IMG/VR virus record: IMGVR_UViG_3300042987_002787
Span: 1-62,534 of that record
Reading direction: 5' to 3' (one strand)
Length of the DNA: 62,534 nucleotides
From: a virus
Lineage: Duplodnaviria > Caudoviricetes
The notes beneath the pieces are model-generated. The model made no database searches. It was not told where the DNA came from and saw only the letters and a list, made by a program, of their open reading frames with translations. A program made the translations under genes and the position numbers. This document shows positions 9,908 to 20,428 of this stretch, one piece after another. The number at the start of each line of letters is the position of its first letter. Positions within the stretch are counted from its first letter, which is position 1.

Positions 9908-10250
9908 CTACTTCTGCTTGTAGTTCGTCTAACATTGAACTGAAATATTCTGCATCAAGTTGGACCATGATGTCTGTGATGTATTTGTGATAACCCTTGA
10001 AAAAATACTTGAACAATTCGTTGAAGTTTTTGTTGTGACTGAAATTGTTGACTTGAACAGTCTTGTTACTCAAGTTCATAATTATTTTAGCACTAGCAAT
10101 ATCTTTTGGTCTCAGTTTTGTACTAATGTGTACCTGTTCATCATAACGCACATTTGCAGGATCCTTCATATATCCTTTGATATGTGTTTTTGCAGGATTT
10201 TTTGGTTTAACAGTATAATTTGCTACTAGATAAATTGATTGTCTTTTCAT
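9873..10250 (-). CDS. hypothetical protein
   Basis: ORF coupled to clamp loader. Confidence 0.6.
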   Translation of the reverse strand: MKRQSIYLVANYTVKPKNPAKTHIKGYMKDPANVRYDEQVHISTKLRPKDIASAKIIMNLSNKTVQVNNFSHNKNFNELFKYFFKGYHKYITDIMVQLDAEYFSSMLDELQAEVDAEKNEEIQAQ

Positions 10251-11167
10251 AATTGACTTAATTCAACAAATGTGGCAGATAGATTAATTTCATGATCTGC
10301 CACTAACGAATGAGTTGCTGCACCTTTACGTATAATCTTAATTGCTTCGTCTTGACCTTCGGGTGTGGATGCCCAGAGATCTAGATTTTGATACATCCAA
10401 GTGAATACACTTTCACATTCGTCGGCAGATGTATTTGAACAAAATAATGTCCTAGCTTCTCGAATTTTTCCTTGTTTGAATAAATTAACTACATCAAGTT
10501 TATAATCAGTACTGCCGGAACTGCTTGAACTTCGTGATATTGAGAGTGTGCCTGATACACTATTTGTTTGTAGTAATTTCAAACAACTGCGTAAGTCTGG
10601 ATATGTTGCTTTAACATAGCTGTCAAGAGTATCCAAGTCAAATTCAATACCTTCAGTAATTAATACTGTTGCTGCTCTACTAGTAAACTCGGTTTGATCT
10701 GTTTTGTCAATGATAATTTGTTGACAACGGCTTTTTAAAGGACCGATGATTTTGTGAGCAAGATTGGCAGTCAGTATAAATCTTGCCTGACTTTGGTACG
10801 TCTCCATTAGTCCACGTAGAATAGCCTGTGCATTATGCGACAGATAATCTGCTTCATCTAGTAGCACAATTTTTAAATCACCAAATGGCAACGTACTAAC
10901 AAAGCCTTCAATTTTGCTTTTTAAAAAGTCAACACCATTGTCTCGACTAGCGTTCACTTGTAAAAAGTCATAAGGATCAATGTTTAAACTATTGACTAAA
11001 ATTTTAGCCAATGTGGTTTTTCCTGTACCAGCTGGTCCAGTAAACAACAAATGGGGAACACTTTTTTCCTGAACAAAATGTTCTATTTGTTCACGTTGTA
11101 CAGGATCAGTGAACACGTATCCATCTAGTGTTTGTGGGCGATACTTTTCAGTCCAAAGTTCTTTCAT
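10247..11167 (-). CDS. clamp loader subunit (RFC small / T4 gp44-like AAA+)
   Basis: WTEKYRP, GPAGTGKTT, NASR, LDEAD, SRC motifs. Confidence 0.92.
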   Translation of the reverse strand: MKELWTEKYRPQTLDGYVFTDPVQREQIEHFVQEKSVPHLLFTGPAGTGKTTLAKILVNSLNIDPYDFLQVNASRDNGVDFLKSKIEGFVSTLPFGDLKIVLLDEADYLSHNAQAILRGLMETYQSQARFILTANLAHKIIGPLKSRCQQIIIDKTDQTEFTSRAATVLITEGIEFDLDTLDSYVKATYPDLRSCLKLLQTNSVSGTLSISRSSSSSGSTDYKLDVVNLFKQGKIREARTLFCSNTSADECESVFTWMYQNLDLWASTPEGQDEAIKIIRKGAATHSLVADHEINLSATFVELSQL

Positions 11168-11964
11168 AGATTATCTTTGTGTATACATAATAAATCTTCA
11201 CTGCGAATTTCTACATCTGCTTCTTCCATTGTATAAGGATTCAGTGCAACATAGCCTGCATCATTGATTACTCGGAATAGTTCTTGAGAATCTGCTTGAC
11301 TATACTGAGCGAACCATTCTGTAAACACCACAGGTTTATATTGTACAAGAATATCACGTATATTGCGAATAATTTCTATGTCATGTCCTTCGGTGTCTGT
11401 CTTAATAAAACCTATATTAGCTATTTCGTCTTTGGTTAGGTATTTTTGTAGCATGGATTCTAAAGTCATGCCCGAAACAGTAATACTATCGCCACTCATT
11501 CCGGCCATCTTGGCCTGTGTTTCGGCGTCCCAATTTTCACCAACTAAGCCTCCGTTGCACATGCCGTTATGATGATCCTTGAAAGTTAAATTGTCTGAAT
11601 TCTTGTCAGTTACAGCTTCTGAGGCGATAACAAAAGTCCCACCCAAGTGCCTGTTAATATGACAGTTAAGTTCTAAGTATGGGCGTATGGTTGGATTGGG
11701 TTCAACTGTTAACACTGTACCACGACTATATACCATCATGGGAATAGCTGTGTCTCCAGAATGTCCACCTATGTCTAGACAAGTCATGCCCGGAGTAATC
11801 CATTTGCTCCAGTAATTTTTTACGGCATAGTAATCAAAAATTTCCTTAAAACTAGGAACACGTTCAAATTGATGATCCATTTCTAACCAAAAACAATGGT
11901 CGTTGTGGCCGTATTCAGTCAGCTCAAGTCTATGAGCTCTGCGTAATGGTAATGTTGAAATCAT
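11164..11964 (-). CDS. FkbM-family SAM methyltransferase
   Basis: LDIGGHSG, VEPNP, FIKTDTEGHD. Confidence 0.82.
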   Translation of the reverse strand: MISTLPLRRAHRLELTEYGHNDHCFWLEMDHQFERVPSFKEIFDYYAVKNYWSKWITPGMTCLDIGGHSGDTAIPMMVYSRGTVLTVEPNPTIRPYLELNCHINRHLGGTFVIASEAVTDKNSDNLTFKDHHNGMCNGGLVGENWDAETQAKMAGMSGDSITVSGMTLESMLQKYLTKDEIANIGFIKTDTEGHDIEIIRNIRDILVQYKPVVFTEWFAQYSQADSQELFRVINDAGYVALNPYTMEEADVEIRSEDLLCIHKDNL

Positions 11965-12383
11965 TCGTAAGTTTCTCTTGTTTTACGTTCTGCATGTACT
12001 GCTGTTGAAATAGTATCTACGTTTTCTGGTTGATTGTCAGATACAAAAATAATTGCTTCTGGATCAGCTCTGCGGATGATGATTTCTTCGCCGTCTTTAA
12101 TAATTTTTACGCCGCGGCTCCATCTTCCATGTTCAACAAGCACCCATTGATCTACATGCACGTCTTGTTGTTCAGGACCAACTGCGTATACTTTAGCCCA
12201 CCGTGGACGAATACCATCTGTTTTGCCATCATCACCTAATAATACTATACCACTACTTAATTGTCTAGCTTCAAAACTCATTTCTGTTACAATAATACTG
12301 TTGTGTAAAGGCTTTATTTCGCCATCTATTTCTACACCAAATTGATATCCTCGTTTTTGATCAAACGGATTTTCGACTGCCAT
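11961..12383 (-). CDS. groES: GroES-like co-chaperonin
   Basis: IKPLHN.IIV, SGIVL, V.AVGP. Confidence 0.78.
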   Translation of the reverse strand: MAVENPFDQKRGYQFGVEIDGEIKPLHNSIIVTEMSFEARQLSSGIVLLGDDGKTDGIRPRWAKVYAVGPEQQDVHVDQWVLVEHGRWSRGVKIIKDGEEIIIRRADPEAIIFVSDNQPENVDTISTAVHAERKTRETYE

Positions 12384-12394
12384 AGTTGCCTTTC

Positions 12395-12796
12395 TTAAAT
12401 TCTTGAGGGACCAGTTTTTTTCACTTCTACTTTTTCCACAATCTTTGACTGCGAAACTGAATCTGCCAGTTTTCCACGTAAACCCGGTTTTGACTCGCTA
12501 ACTGCTTCCTGTTCAGTTACTGACGTTTCGCTAGGTTCTACCCATTCGTCAACCAAATCTTTAGTCTTACGTGATTGATGCGGTTGCGGAGGTGTGTCAA
12601 CTGCAACTGGAGTGTTTAGTTTATAATATTCTTTCATTACTTGTTCTTTAGTTTGTTCTACTTTGCCGCCTGGGCCTAGTCTATCTCCTCGAGCATTGAC
12701 CTTCATGTTTCCTACTGCAATAGTATGCTCATTATCGGCAATTAATGCGTCGAGGTTTACTTGTTTACCATTGGCTGTAGTGTATACTTTTTTCAT
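12395..12796 (-). CDS. hypothetical protein
   Basis: ORF with AAGGAG SD and upstream TAAATA. Confidence 0.65.
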   Translation of the reverse strand: MKKVYTTANGKQVNLDALIADNEHTIAVGNMKVNARGDRLGPGGKVEQTKEQVMKEYYKLNTPVAVDTPPQPHQSRKTKDLVDEWVEPSETSVTEQEAVSESKPGLRGKLADSVSQSKIVEKVEVKKTGPSRI

Positions 12797-12816
12797 ATAT
12801 TTCTCCTTGTACCTAT

Positions 12817-13335
12817 TTATCGTAAAAATTCTTCGATATCTAAATCATAATATAAGCTGTTTATTTTATGAACCCCAATCAAGAATAGCACGTAGCTTGC
12901 AACACTTGATCCTCTACCTACTCCCCAAACGATGTTGTGGTTTCTCCATGTATCAACTACGTACTTCAATTGTTTAAGCAGCGGGAATAAATTTCTTTCT
13001 TGATATAAAAGTAACTCTTGGCCTACACGCTGTAGTTCCTCTTGAGTTTTACATTGATCTAGTAACCATTTTGCAATATCTATTTTACAGTAATCGTCGG
13101 GCATGTTCCATGTTGCTTGATTTGTTTCGTGAAATTTATCTACTGAATAGTTGCTTGGCAATGGATGATATTCTTTCACCAACGGAAGATCGGAAAAGTT
13201 ACATTTTACTGCACTATTATATTGATCCCAATCTTCTACAAAAAAATTACCAATATTAATGTCTGGATTTTGATAAAGCAAATCACAGAGTTCATTGCTT
13301 GATACATATACCTGACCAAAACTATCGTACTTCAT
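12817..13335 (-). CDS. DNA polymerase III alpha-like fragment (N-terminal palm segment)
   Basis: GVGRGSSVASYVLFLIGVHKIN; ends before the PDID catalytic motif. Confidence 0.8.
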   Translation of the reverse strand: MKYDSFGQVYVSSNELCDLLYQNPDINIGNFFVEDWDQYNSAVKCNFSDLPLVKEYHPLPSNYSVDKFHETNQATWNMPDDYCKIDIAKWLLDQCKTQEELQRVGQELLLYQERNLFPLLKQLKYVVDTWRNHNIVWGVGRGSSVASYVLFLIGVHKINSLYYDLDIEEFLR

Positions 13336-13568
13336 TGTATATCTACTATACCTTTAAATTTGTTATTTTTTGATTCAATTTCCTCTAACGTTTTACGATT
13401 ACGCTTGTCCATTTCAAACTTATAGTTTTCTAAAATCATTTGCATTTGCGGAATAACGCTGACAGGGCCAAATCTATGTGCTTGATTAAACTTGGTCATT
13501 AGTTCATTGTATTTTTTATGTAATTCTTCGTTTGAAAGTTCTTCTAAATTTCCTACTAATGGGTGCAT
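13332..13568 (-). CDS. hypothetical protein
   Basis: Coupled ORF. Confidence 0.6.
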   Translation of the reverse strand: MHPLVGNLEELSNEELHKKYNELMTKFNQAHRFGPVSVIPQMQMILENYKFEMDKRNRKTLEEIESKNNKFKGIVDIQ

Positions 13569-14002
13569 TACAAGTCTCCTTCTCTCCTGTTCTCGGAATA
13601 ATGTACGTCAAATTCGCCGCCCGGATACCTTGCTTTTAATTTATTTACATTTTCTGTAATTACATCGTTGGGATTCAAATTTAAGGCGCGACAGGCATTG
13701 ATCCAATACCATATAATGTCACCTAGTTCACGTTTCATGTGAAATAGATTTTCTTCATTTAATGGTTTACCCTGGAAAAATATTTTTTTTGGAATTTCAC
13801 AAAACTCACCGGTTTCAGATGCTAGGCCCAATGCTGCTGTAAGTAACAACGGAACATTTACGTCCGGTCCATGTCCCTGTGCTTCAAAATCCCAATTACC
13901 ATCTACTTCGTCTAAACGATTCATAAATGTAGTTAGATCATTAGAAGGTTTACTGGTTACTGCTTCAACAAACTCTTGATATCGTTGCAAATCTACAGTC
14001 AT
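13568..14002 (-). CDS. mazG: MazG-like NTP pyrophosphohydrolase
   Basis: GLASETGEFCE...KK, ELGDIIWY, N..KL..RYP. Confidence 0.88.
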   Translation of the reverse strand: MTVDLQRYQEFVEAVTSKPSNDLTTFMNRLDEVDGNWDFEAQGHGPDVNVPLLLTAALGLASETGEFCEIPKKIFFQGKPLNEENLFHMKRELGDIIWYWINACRALNLNPNDVITENVNKLKARYPGGEFDVHYSENRREGDL

Positions 14003-14066
14003 AAAAAACTCCTAGTTTGCATAATTTTACATTATACAACACTAGGAGTCAATGAAGATTTTAAAA

Positions 14067-15092
14067 TTAACCTACCTTAAACCATCTACCAACTGATGAA
14101 TTATAAAGTAATTTTATTGAAACCGAATTAGTAAAGCTTGCTGATGCTGCCCAGGTGTTAGCCAATCCGTACACTGATGTAACATCAGGAGTCATATTTG
14201 AAACAAAACAACTTGTGATTGCTGTCATCGAAGTTATATCAAGTATTCTACCATCTTCCACTGAGTTAGGTAAGGTAATAAACAAATTAGCCACTGTTCC
14301 AGTTGGTGAACAGTTGGCGATAAATCTATTATAGTTTACGTTAGCGAAAAGATTTTGACCCGTTACAACATTGGCTAATAGGTAATCGGTATTGATAATA
14401 CCACCGTTTATTATGGTATTTCCGCCAATTGTTACATTACCAGTAACTGGCAAATCACCAGTAACAGTTGATCCAGTAAGATTGACATCCCTGTTTCTAA
14501 TTAGATCCTTGATACCAATTGTAGTACCGCCATCAACAGTAAAAAATTCAAAAAGATAATTAGTATTATTTGCTATTTCAGCTGAATTAAAGTTAATAAT
14601 AGGTGGAGAAGTGCCTGTCAAACCAGCAATAGTGTCTGGATCGCCGAGTGTCACTGCACTTGGCAAAGTTAGTGTATAACCAGCATTTGGATTTACAATC
14701 CATAATTTAATTGAAGCTAACTGATTATTAGTGTTTGACGGAAAACTAAAAGATAGCGTGGTTGATCCTGCCATGGTAATTTTTTGATAATTTCCATTGG
14801 CAAAGTTCACTGTTACTGCGCCACTTGCGCTACCGATGTTATTGTAGGTTTCTCTCCAAGCTGTTAGGGATGGATTTGAAATAATATTACCTGCAAAATC
14901 GTTATCTAAGGTAGTGTTTGACAAAGCTGTTTTAAGCACAGCTTTGTTCTGAATATCTTCAATTTCAGCTTTAACAAAGGTGAAATTATTTCTGATGTTA
15001 GTAAAATTGTCACGGAAACCTTGACTATCGTTGTCTTGCCCTGCTACAGGGTAGGCACCGTCAATATTATTTGGATTAACTTGGCTTGTCAT
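14067..15092 (-). CDS. virion structural protein (baseplate/tail associated)
   Basis: YPVAGQDNDSQGFRDNF N-terminus; Asn/Thr-rich beta composition; follows baseplate gene. Confidence 0.65.
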   Translation of the reverse strand: MTSQVNPNNIDGAYPVAGQDNDSQGFRDNFTNIRNNFTFVKAEIEDIQNKAVLKTALSNTTLDNDFAGNIISNPSLTAWRETYNNIGSASGAVTVNFANGNYQKITMAGSTTLSFSFPSNTNNQLASIKLWIVNPNAGYTLTLPSAVTLGDPDTIAGLTGTSPPIINFNSAEIANNTNYLFEFFTVDGGTTIGIKDLIRNRDVNLTGSTVTGDLPVTGNVTIGGNTIINGGIINTDYLLANVVTGQNLFANVNYNRFIANCSPTGTVANLFITLPNSVEDGRILDITSMTAITSCFVSNMTPDVTSVYGLANTWAASASFTNSVSIKLLYNSSVGRWFKVG

Positions 15093-18000
15093 TTATACAA
15101 ATACTCCATTTTGTGGGAACTTGATATATTTATCCTTAGTTTCGGGTTTGACATATTTGTCTCTGTTTGTGCTGAAATTTGTTCCGCCCCTTACACCTTT
15201 CGCTCCCCTTTGGATATCGCGTTCTCTTACACAGCAAGTTCCGCCGTCAAAAGTAGTTTCTGCCGTTCTAAATGTAGTGTTTACAGGCACATAATAAGGA
15301 ATTGCACTACCACCCGATGTGGTGTAAGTCAAAACACTGGTTGGATAACCTCTACCCGATCTTATGTATACCTGTTGATTAAATATAACTTCGTTCTGGA
15401 ACAACAATTTGACCTCACTGTCACCACCTTGATCAAAATAGCCATTGATCAAATCTCCATACGGGCTGTCAAATCCCACATCGTCCCCATCAAATCCAAT
15501 TTCAACTAAATCTTCCCAAACTATTTTCCAGGAGCCAGCACGTTTATTAACAACCTGAGAATTGGTAACTTTATCTAAATAACCCGGTATAATATTATTA
15601 TTTTCATCTACCCATCCATCATTGGGTTCATTAACAAACCCTTCCTGAATTCTAAACACTATGGTTTCTCCTTTTAGGAAATTTACTACGCCATCAATGT
15701 AGAAACTTGCCCGCAATCGGCTGAGTAGAGTGTTGTTAATATTGTTAAATGGCACGCTAACAGCATAGTCAACTTTAGTTTCGCCATCAATTTTAATAAC
15801 AGATCCGGCTGTGGCTGTAATGTTTGATGACAAAGTAAGAGTGGTTGATATGGCACTTGACTGCACAGAAATTAACTGTGTGTTAGCCGATATTTCCGAA
15901 TTAATATCCAACGGAGATACTATCCACCCGTATGCAACCGAAACACTACTTGGAATTGTTATAATTGCTGAATTATTTACTGTGTTAGTGATTGTGGTTC
16001 TTACTATATCTCCTGCAGTTGACTGATTCACATATTTGTCAAAGGTAGTCTGTACACTAGGTTCAAACGTGGCAGTTATAGGATTGTAGAATTCTGACAG
16101 ATAATTATCCCATTGATATCTATCAGCAACAAAACTAAAATTGATATCATTGTCGGATAAATTTTGTTTGACTCTATAGGCTACCAATTTGCTTGCACCA
16201 GGCTTGAGATAGGCCAAAACTATCGCTCTAGTTAAACCTGGAATTCTACCATTTTCTTGAACGGTTAGCATCCAATTGGGTAATGCACCTCTATTAGAGT
16301 AGCCTAATACTCTTTCTACTCTCGATTGCATATTGTTAAAACTGTTAGGATAGATAGTTTTGAATTCGCTGTCGTCCCACACGAATCCGTTGGCAATGTC
16401 TAAATCTATGCTTAGTGCTGGTCCTAATGTGTCATAGGCCTGGCTGTCTTGTGCGTCAACATATACAACTTCATAAACAATTTCACCATCTTCATTTTTT
16501 GCTACAGCAGTTTTGACCTCACCAAAGTTGATAACTTTGTTATAATGATTGTATCTTATTGCTTCTACAAATGCTGATGCAGTGCTTGGCAACAATCCTG
16601 CTAGAAATAAAAATTTAAAAGATTTTGCTATTCCAAAATTTGGATCATCTGGTCGGTATATCAGTGAGCTAGGAAATATATCTACATTTGTTGTTAGCGA
16701 ACGTAAAAGATTACGATCTGACTCTGAGGGCAACGATCGCAAATAAATGTTTTCATATGGCGACAAGTTCCTTGGCCTTACCATGACAGTGAATTCTTTT
16801 TTAGCCGAGGAAGTTCCATCTACTGTAGTGGCTTGAACAGTAAATCTTGCCAACTGATCAAAAGTTGTGCTTCCATTGTCGATTGATGTCGAAATTGAAT
16901 TTGTGGTAGTAGACTTGATTGTGGTTGAATCTAAATTAAAAAATGTAAGCAAGGTACCTTGTTCAACGTATATTGCTGGTCGTACCTCTACTTGAGTTGT
17001 GTTAAAAATTTCAGTTACTCTGCAACCCGAAGACACACCTGGCCCTGCGATTTGCATACCTACCACTAAATTATTTGTATTAGTTAAATTTAAAGTAGCA
17101 CTTGCACCATCTAAACTAAAATATCTAAAAGTAGTGCGTCCTATTAATCTGCCAGATGATAAAAATTTAGTGCCTTGCGGCAATTTTTTGTAAGGCTCGT
17201 CATACGAAAATGCATATGAAAGCTCTTTGCCCAGTGTGTTATATGCTTCAACTGCCAACTCACTTACTGCACCGTTATCGATGAACCCTAAGAAACTTGG
17301 CGAAGTCCATACTATTTCTTCGTTTAAGGTTCGCTGGACAGTTAAACTAAATGAAGCGGTATCACTTCTTTCACTCGGAGTGGCAGTTCTGAACGCCGTT
17401 ATTCTAAAAGTGTAAGTAACAAATTCATCCACTTGATCAGGTAAAGTACCAAATATCCACCCTGTTAGTTCATTAATGGATAACCCGGATGGCAATCCAG
17501 AGGCACCTTGATCAAAAAGTAAAGTATCAAATCCTGAATTAACTTCAATAAACAGTATTTGAATTACATCAGTGATCAATGGAGTAATACTAGTAAAAGT
17601 CAATTGATCGCCTGCTGTGGTATAGTCAGTATAAGCTGTAAGTAATATATCGTTGACTCGAACCGTAATACGAGCAGCATTTATCGGGGTATTGACTAAT
17701 GTGTACGGGCCAGTGGTTCCGTCACCAAACATAACTTGTTCTATAGGATAATCTAAATCATCCATTCCACTGAAATCAAGTTCATCAATTTGCCACGACA
17801 CTTGCTCGTCATCAGGGTCATACGCTAAAAATCTATAGGCAAAAACACTTCCTGACACCAATATAGGTAAGCTATCTGGTGTGTTTAATATAATTGGCCG
17901 ATATTTGTTGTCTGCATCAATGTTTATAAATGTGTTATTAATTAAAGTTATACTATTGTCAGCTGTAAAGTCACCTTTGCTGACAATCATTAATGCAACA

Positions 18001-18623
18001 TTTTTAGTTTCGAATTTCAACCCGTCTGTTATTTGTACCTTGAAATTGTAGAATCTATCAGTACTGTTAACTCTAGGATCATAAATTTTACTGTCATTGT
18101 CTACCCCATCATATCCAGTTTCGGCGATGTTTTCGCCTATTATTTCTAAGTATCCACTTAGGAATCCCGAGCTCGATAAAGACACTCCTGGTGGCAATGA
18201 TCCATTTACTATCGAAAAAGTTGGTATTGAATTTGAGTTGTCAACAGTGTATTCAAATTGATAACTTAAATATGTTCCATCGAACCAAGCGCCTATAATA
18301 TCTGCAGGTAGTACTATAGAAGGTCCAGAATTATTTGTAACAGTCAAGTAGAAAGACCTGTCATTTACTTTTCCCTGGGGGTTAGTTGCTCTAACTGTAA
18401 ACGAAAAAATTTGTGTTGAATCGTAATTGCTTTGTAGCACCGGGATTCCACGTAACTCACCTAGTCGGGTAATATACATACCAGGCGGAGCAGCACCGCT
18501 TATGAGACTGTAAAATAAAGGTTGTTCGTCACTATCAACCGCCTCCAAGTTTAACGAAAAAAAATCAGACTCGGCTATAGTGCCTAAATTACCGCGCGGT
18601 GTGGACCATGCAATTGTACTCAT
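15093..18623 (-). CDS. large baseplate wedge-like structural protein with Ig/cadherin-like repeats
   Basis: 1176 aa with repeated G.LPPG..L...G.L.G motifs; structural operon. Confidence 0.65.
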   Translation of the reverse strand: MSTIAWSTPRGNLGTIAESDFFSLNLEAVDSDEQPLFYSLISGAAPPGMYITRLGELRGIPVLQSNYDSTQIFSFTVRATNPQGKVNDRSFYLTVTNNSGPSIVLPADIIGAWFDGTYLSYQFEYTVDNSNSIPTFSIVNGSLPPGVSLSSSGFLSGYLEIIGENIAETGYDGVDNDSKIYDPRVNSTDRFYNFKVQITDGLKFETKNVALMIVSKGDFTADNSITLINNTFINIDADNKYRPIILNTPDSLPILVSGSVFAYRFLAYDPDDEQVSWQIDELDFSGMDDLDYPIEQVMFGDGTTGPYTLVNTPINAARITVRVNDILLTAYTDYTTAGDQLTFTSITPLITDVIQILFIEVNSGFDTLLFDQGASGLPSGLSINELTGWIFGTLPDQVDEFVTYTFRITAFRTATPSERSDTASFSLTVQRTLNEEIVWTSPSFLGFIDNGAVSELAVEAYNTLGKELSYAFSYDEPYKKLPQGTKFLSSGRLIGRTTFRYFSLDGASATLNLTNTNNLVVGMQIAGPGVSSGCRVTEIFNTTQVEVRPAIYVEQGTLLTFFNLDSTTIKSTTTNSISTSIDNGSTTFDQLARFTVQATTVDGTSSAKKEFTVMVRPRNLSPYENIYLRSLPSESDRNLLRSLTTNVDIFPSSLIYRPDDPNFGIAKSFKFLFLAGLLPSTASAFVEAIRYNHYNKVINFGEVKTAVAKNEDGEIVYEVVYVDAQDSQAYDTLGPALSIDLDIANGFVWDDSEFKTIYPNSFNNMQSRVERVLGYSNRGALPNWMLTVQENGRIPGLTRAIVLAYLKPGASKLVAYRVKQNLSDNDINFSFVADRYQWDNYLSEFYNPITATFEPSVQTTFDKYVNQSTAGDIVRTTITNTVNNSAIITIPSSVSVAYGWIVSPLDINSEISANTQLISVQSSAISTTLTLSSNITATAGSVIKIDGETKVDYAVSVPFNNINNTLLSRLRASFYIDGVVNFLKGETIVFRIQEGFVNEPNDGWVDENNNIIPGYLDKVTNSQVVNKRAGSWKIVWEDLVEIGFDGDDVGFDSPYGDLINGYFDQGGDSEVKLLFQNEVIFNQQVYIRSGRGYPTSVLTYTTSGGSAIPYYVPVNTTFRTAETTFDGGTCCVRERDIQRGAKGVRGGTNFSTNRDKYVKPETKDKYIKFPQNGVFV

Positions 18624-20407
18624 TACAGAATAACTGCCTCGATTATTTTGGTTTTGTTGTTTGGGTTGGATTCTAATGCCTTGGCAAATATTCTTAAACC
18701 AAATCCAGTATCAGACCCTACACTTCTTGCATACCCTGGAGTCGTTGAAGTTACCAGTAAATCCCCTTTGGCAACTGGTCCAGTAACTCGAACCGGCACT
18801 CTGCCTCTTAGAGCCACTGGCAAGCCTTGAACGCCGTCATTCATGAGATAGGCAGGGTTCTGACTTATTACTCCTGCCACTCTGTGATCTGCAAATTCGT
18901 TAGTGACAGTTATTTCTCGTTCGCCACCAAATATTACTACAGTGCCATATTCATAATTGGCGTCTGCGACATAGTTTTCTGCTAAGTCAGCATACCTGGC
19001 CGATGTAGCAACTGCATGTACTGTGTTAAACGCAAAGCCCGGGCTGCCTATATTGGCCACCCCGTCGCTGTTGGTTACAATGTTACCGCTTAATATAGCA
19101 ATATTACCAGTAGCAGTAATACTTCTGCCTGCTGACCCACCTACAAAAATGTTTCCTGTTTCAACCGATAAGCCGCCTTTGACTCTGATATCTCCAGTTG
19201 TGGTAGAAGTTGCCTGGTTGTTTCCACTTGTATTCAAATACCCAGACAAAGTCAGCGCACCGGTAGCATCTAAATCATAGGCCCAAATTTTTAACCAACG
19301 ATCTGTTCCAGAGGTGCCTAAGCTGTATGTTTGATTGGCATTGGGACTAATATCATTTACATTTAGTTGCCCATTTATATCTAAACCTGTTAGTGTTCCG
19401 AGGCTGGTTATAAAAGGTTGAGCTGCTGTAAATATATTACCTTGAATGTTTGCTCGTACGTTGCCACCTATGTTGGCATGTATGTTACCTACCCATAAAT
19501 TGCCTGCTACACCAAGACCACCTCTTATCTGTACTGCACCTGTTGTCGCAGAAGTTGACTGTGTGGCGTCCAAAAAAGTAGTACTAAGACCAACACTACC
19601 ACCATTAAATGCATTAGCAGCAGTTTGTACTGGACTTCCATTAATGTAAACTGTGTCGCCGCCGGCAAAGTTAAGACTTCCTACATGATACCCAGTAACT
19701 GCTAAATTACCAATATTTGAGGAACTTGAATTTAATTGTCCATTTACAAATAAATTACCACCTATACCAGCTCCACCTGTAACTTGTAAAGCCCCAGTAG
19801 TATAATTAGTAGCAGCAGTGCTATTAGCAACTAATAATGATCCAATTTGAACATTACCTGGTGTGCCTGCGGTTATTATGTTACCAACGCTTTCTGTAAT
19901 GTTGTCCCAGTAAATTAAACTTCCTGTTGAATTTTGCCATCCTAAAAAAGCTTTTTTTTCTGGTCCGGTACCGTAATATTGCCAAACCAAACCAATATCT
20001 CTATTGTCGTTGACTACAAACGGAGTCGCTGAATAATGTAAATTCAACAATGAAGCAGTCGAAGATTGAGCCTGAGCTGCTGCCTGTGTACCTGAAACAT
20101 TCAAATTACCAATAATGTTAACATTACCGATAATATAAGCACCGTTGCTCTGAACAAATAGATTTCCACCTAGCGCACCAGTTACTACAACGTTATTTGA
20201 TGTTGTTAAATTTGCTGTGACAGAAGTATTGGAGACAATTACTCCGCCTGTAACACTAACAGCACTAATGGTGCTCGCCTCCGATCCTGCAAATAAACCT
20301 CCGTTTATGTAATCAAAGTTGCTGTTTACAATTTGAAAGGCTGATCGTATTGGATCGCCAGATCCATCATTGGCTGTTGCACCTACATCAATTAAATCTA
20401 TAGACAT
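18623..20407 (-). CDS. tail fibre/spike with C-terminal autoproteolytic chaperone-like domain
   Basis: N-terminal ANDGSGDPIRSAF (T4 gp9/gp10-like); GALQV.GG.GI.G repeats; ARYADLAE...ALRGRVPV C-terminus. Confidence 0.75.
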   Translation of the reverse strand: MSIDLIDVGATANDGSGDPIRSAFQIVNSNFDYINGGLFAGSEASTISAVSVTGGVIVSNTSVTANLTTSNNVVVTGALGGNLFVQSNGAYIIGNVNIIGNLNVSGTQAAAQAQSSTASLLNLHYSATPFVVNDNRDIGLVWQYYGTGPEKKAFLGWQNSTGSLIYWDNITESVGNIITAGTPGNVQIGSLLVANSTAATNYTTGALQVTGGAGIGGNLFVNGQLNSSSSNIGNLAVTGYHVGSLNFAGGDTVYINGSPVQTAANAFNGGSVGLSTTFLDATQSTSATTGAVQIRGGLGVAGNLWVGNIHANIGGNVRANIQGNIFTAAQPFITSLGTLTGLDINGQLNVNDISPNANQTYSLGTSGTDRWLKIWAYDLDATGALTLSGYLNTSGNNQATSTTTGDIRVKGGLSVETGNIFVGGSAGRSITATGNIAILSGNIVTNSDGVANIGSPGFAFNTVHAVATSARYADLAENYVADANYEYGTVVIFGGEREITVTNEFADHRVAGVISQNPAYLMNDGVQGLPVALRGRVPVRVTGPVAKGDLLVTSTTPGYARSVGSDTGFGLRIFAKALESNPNNKTKIIEAVIL

Positions 20408-20428
20408 TTTTTATTCCATTTTTTATAT

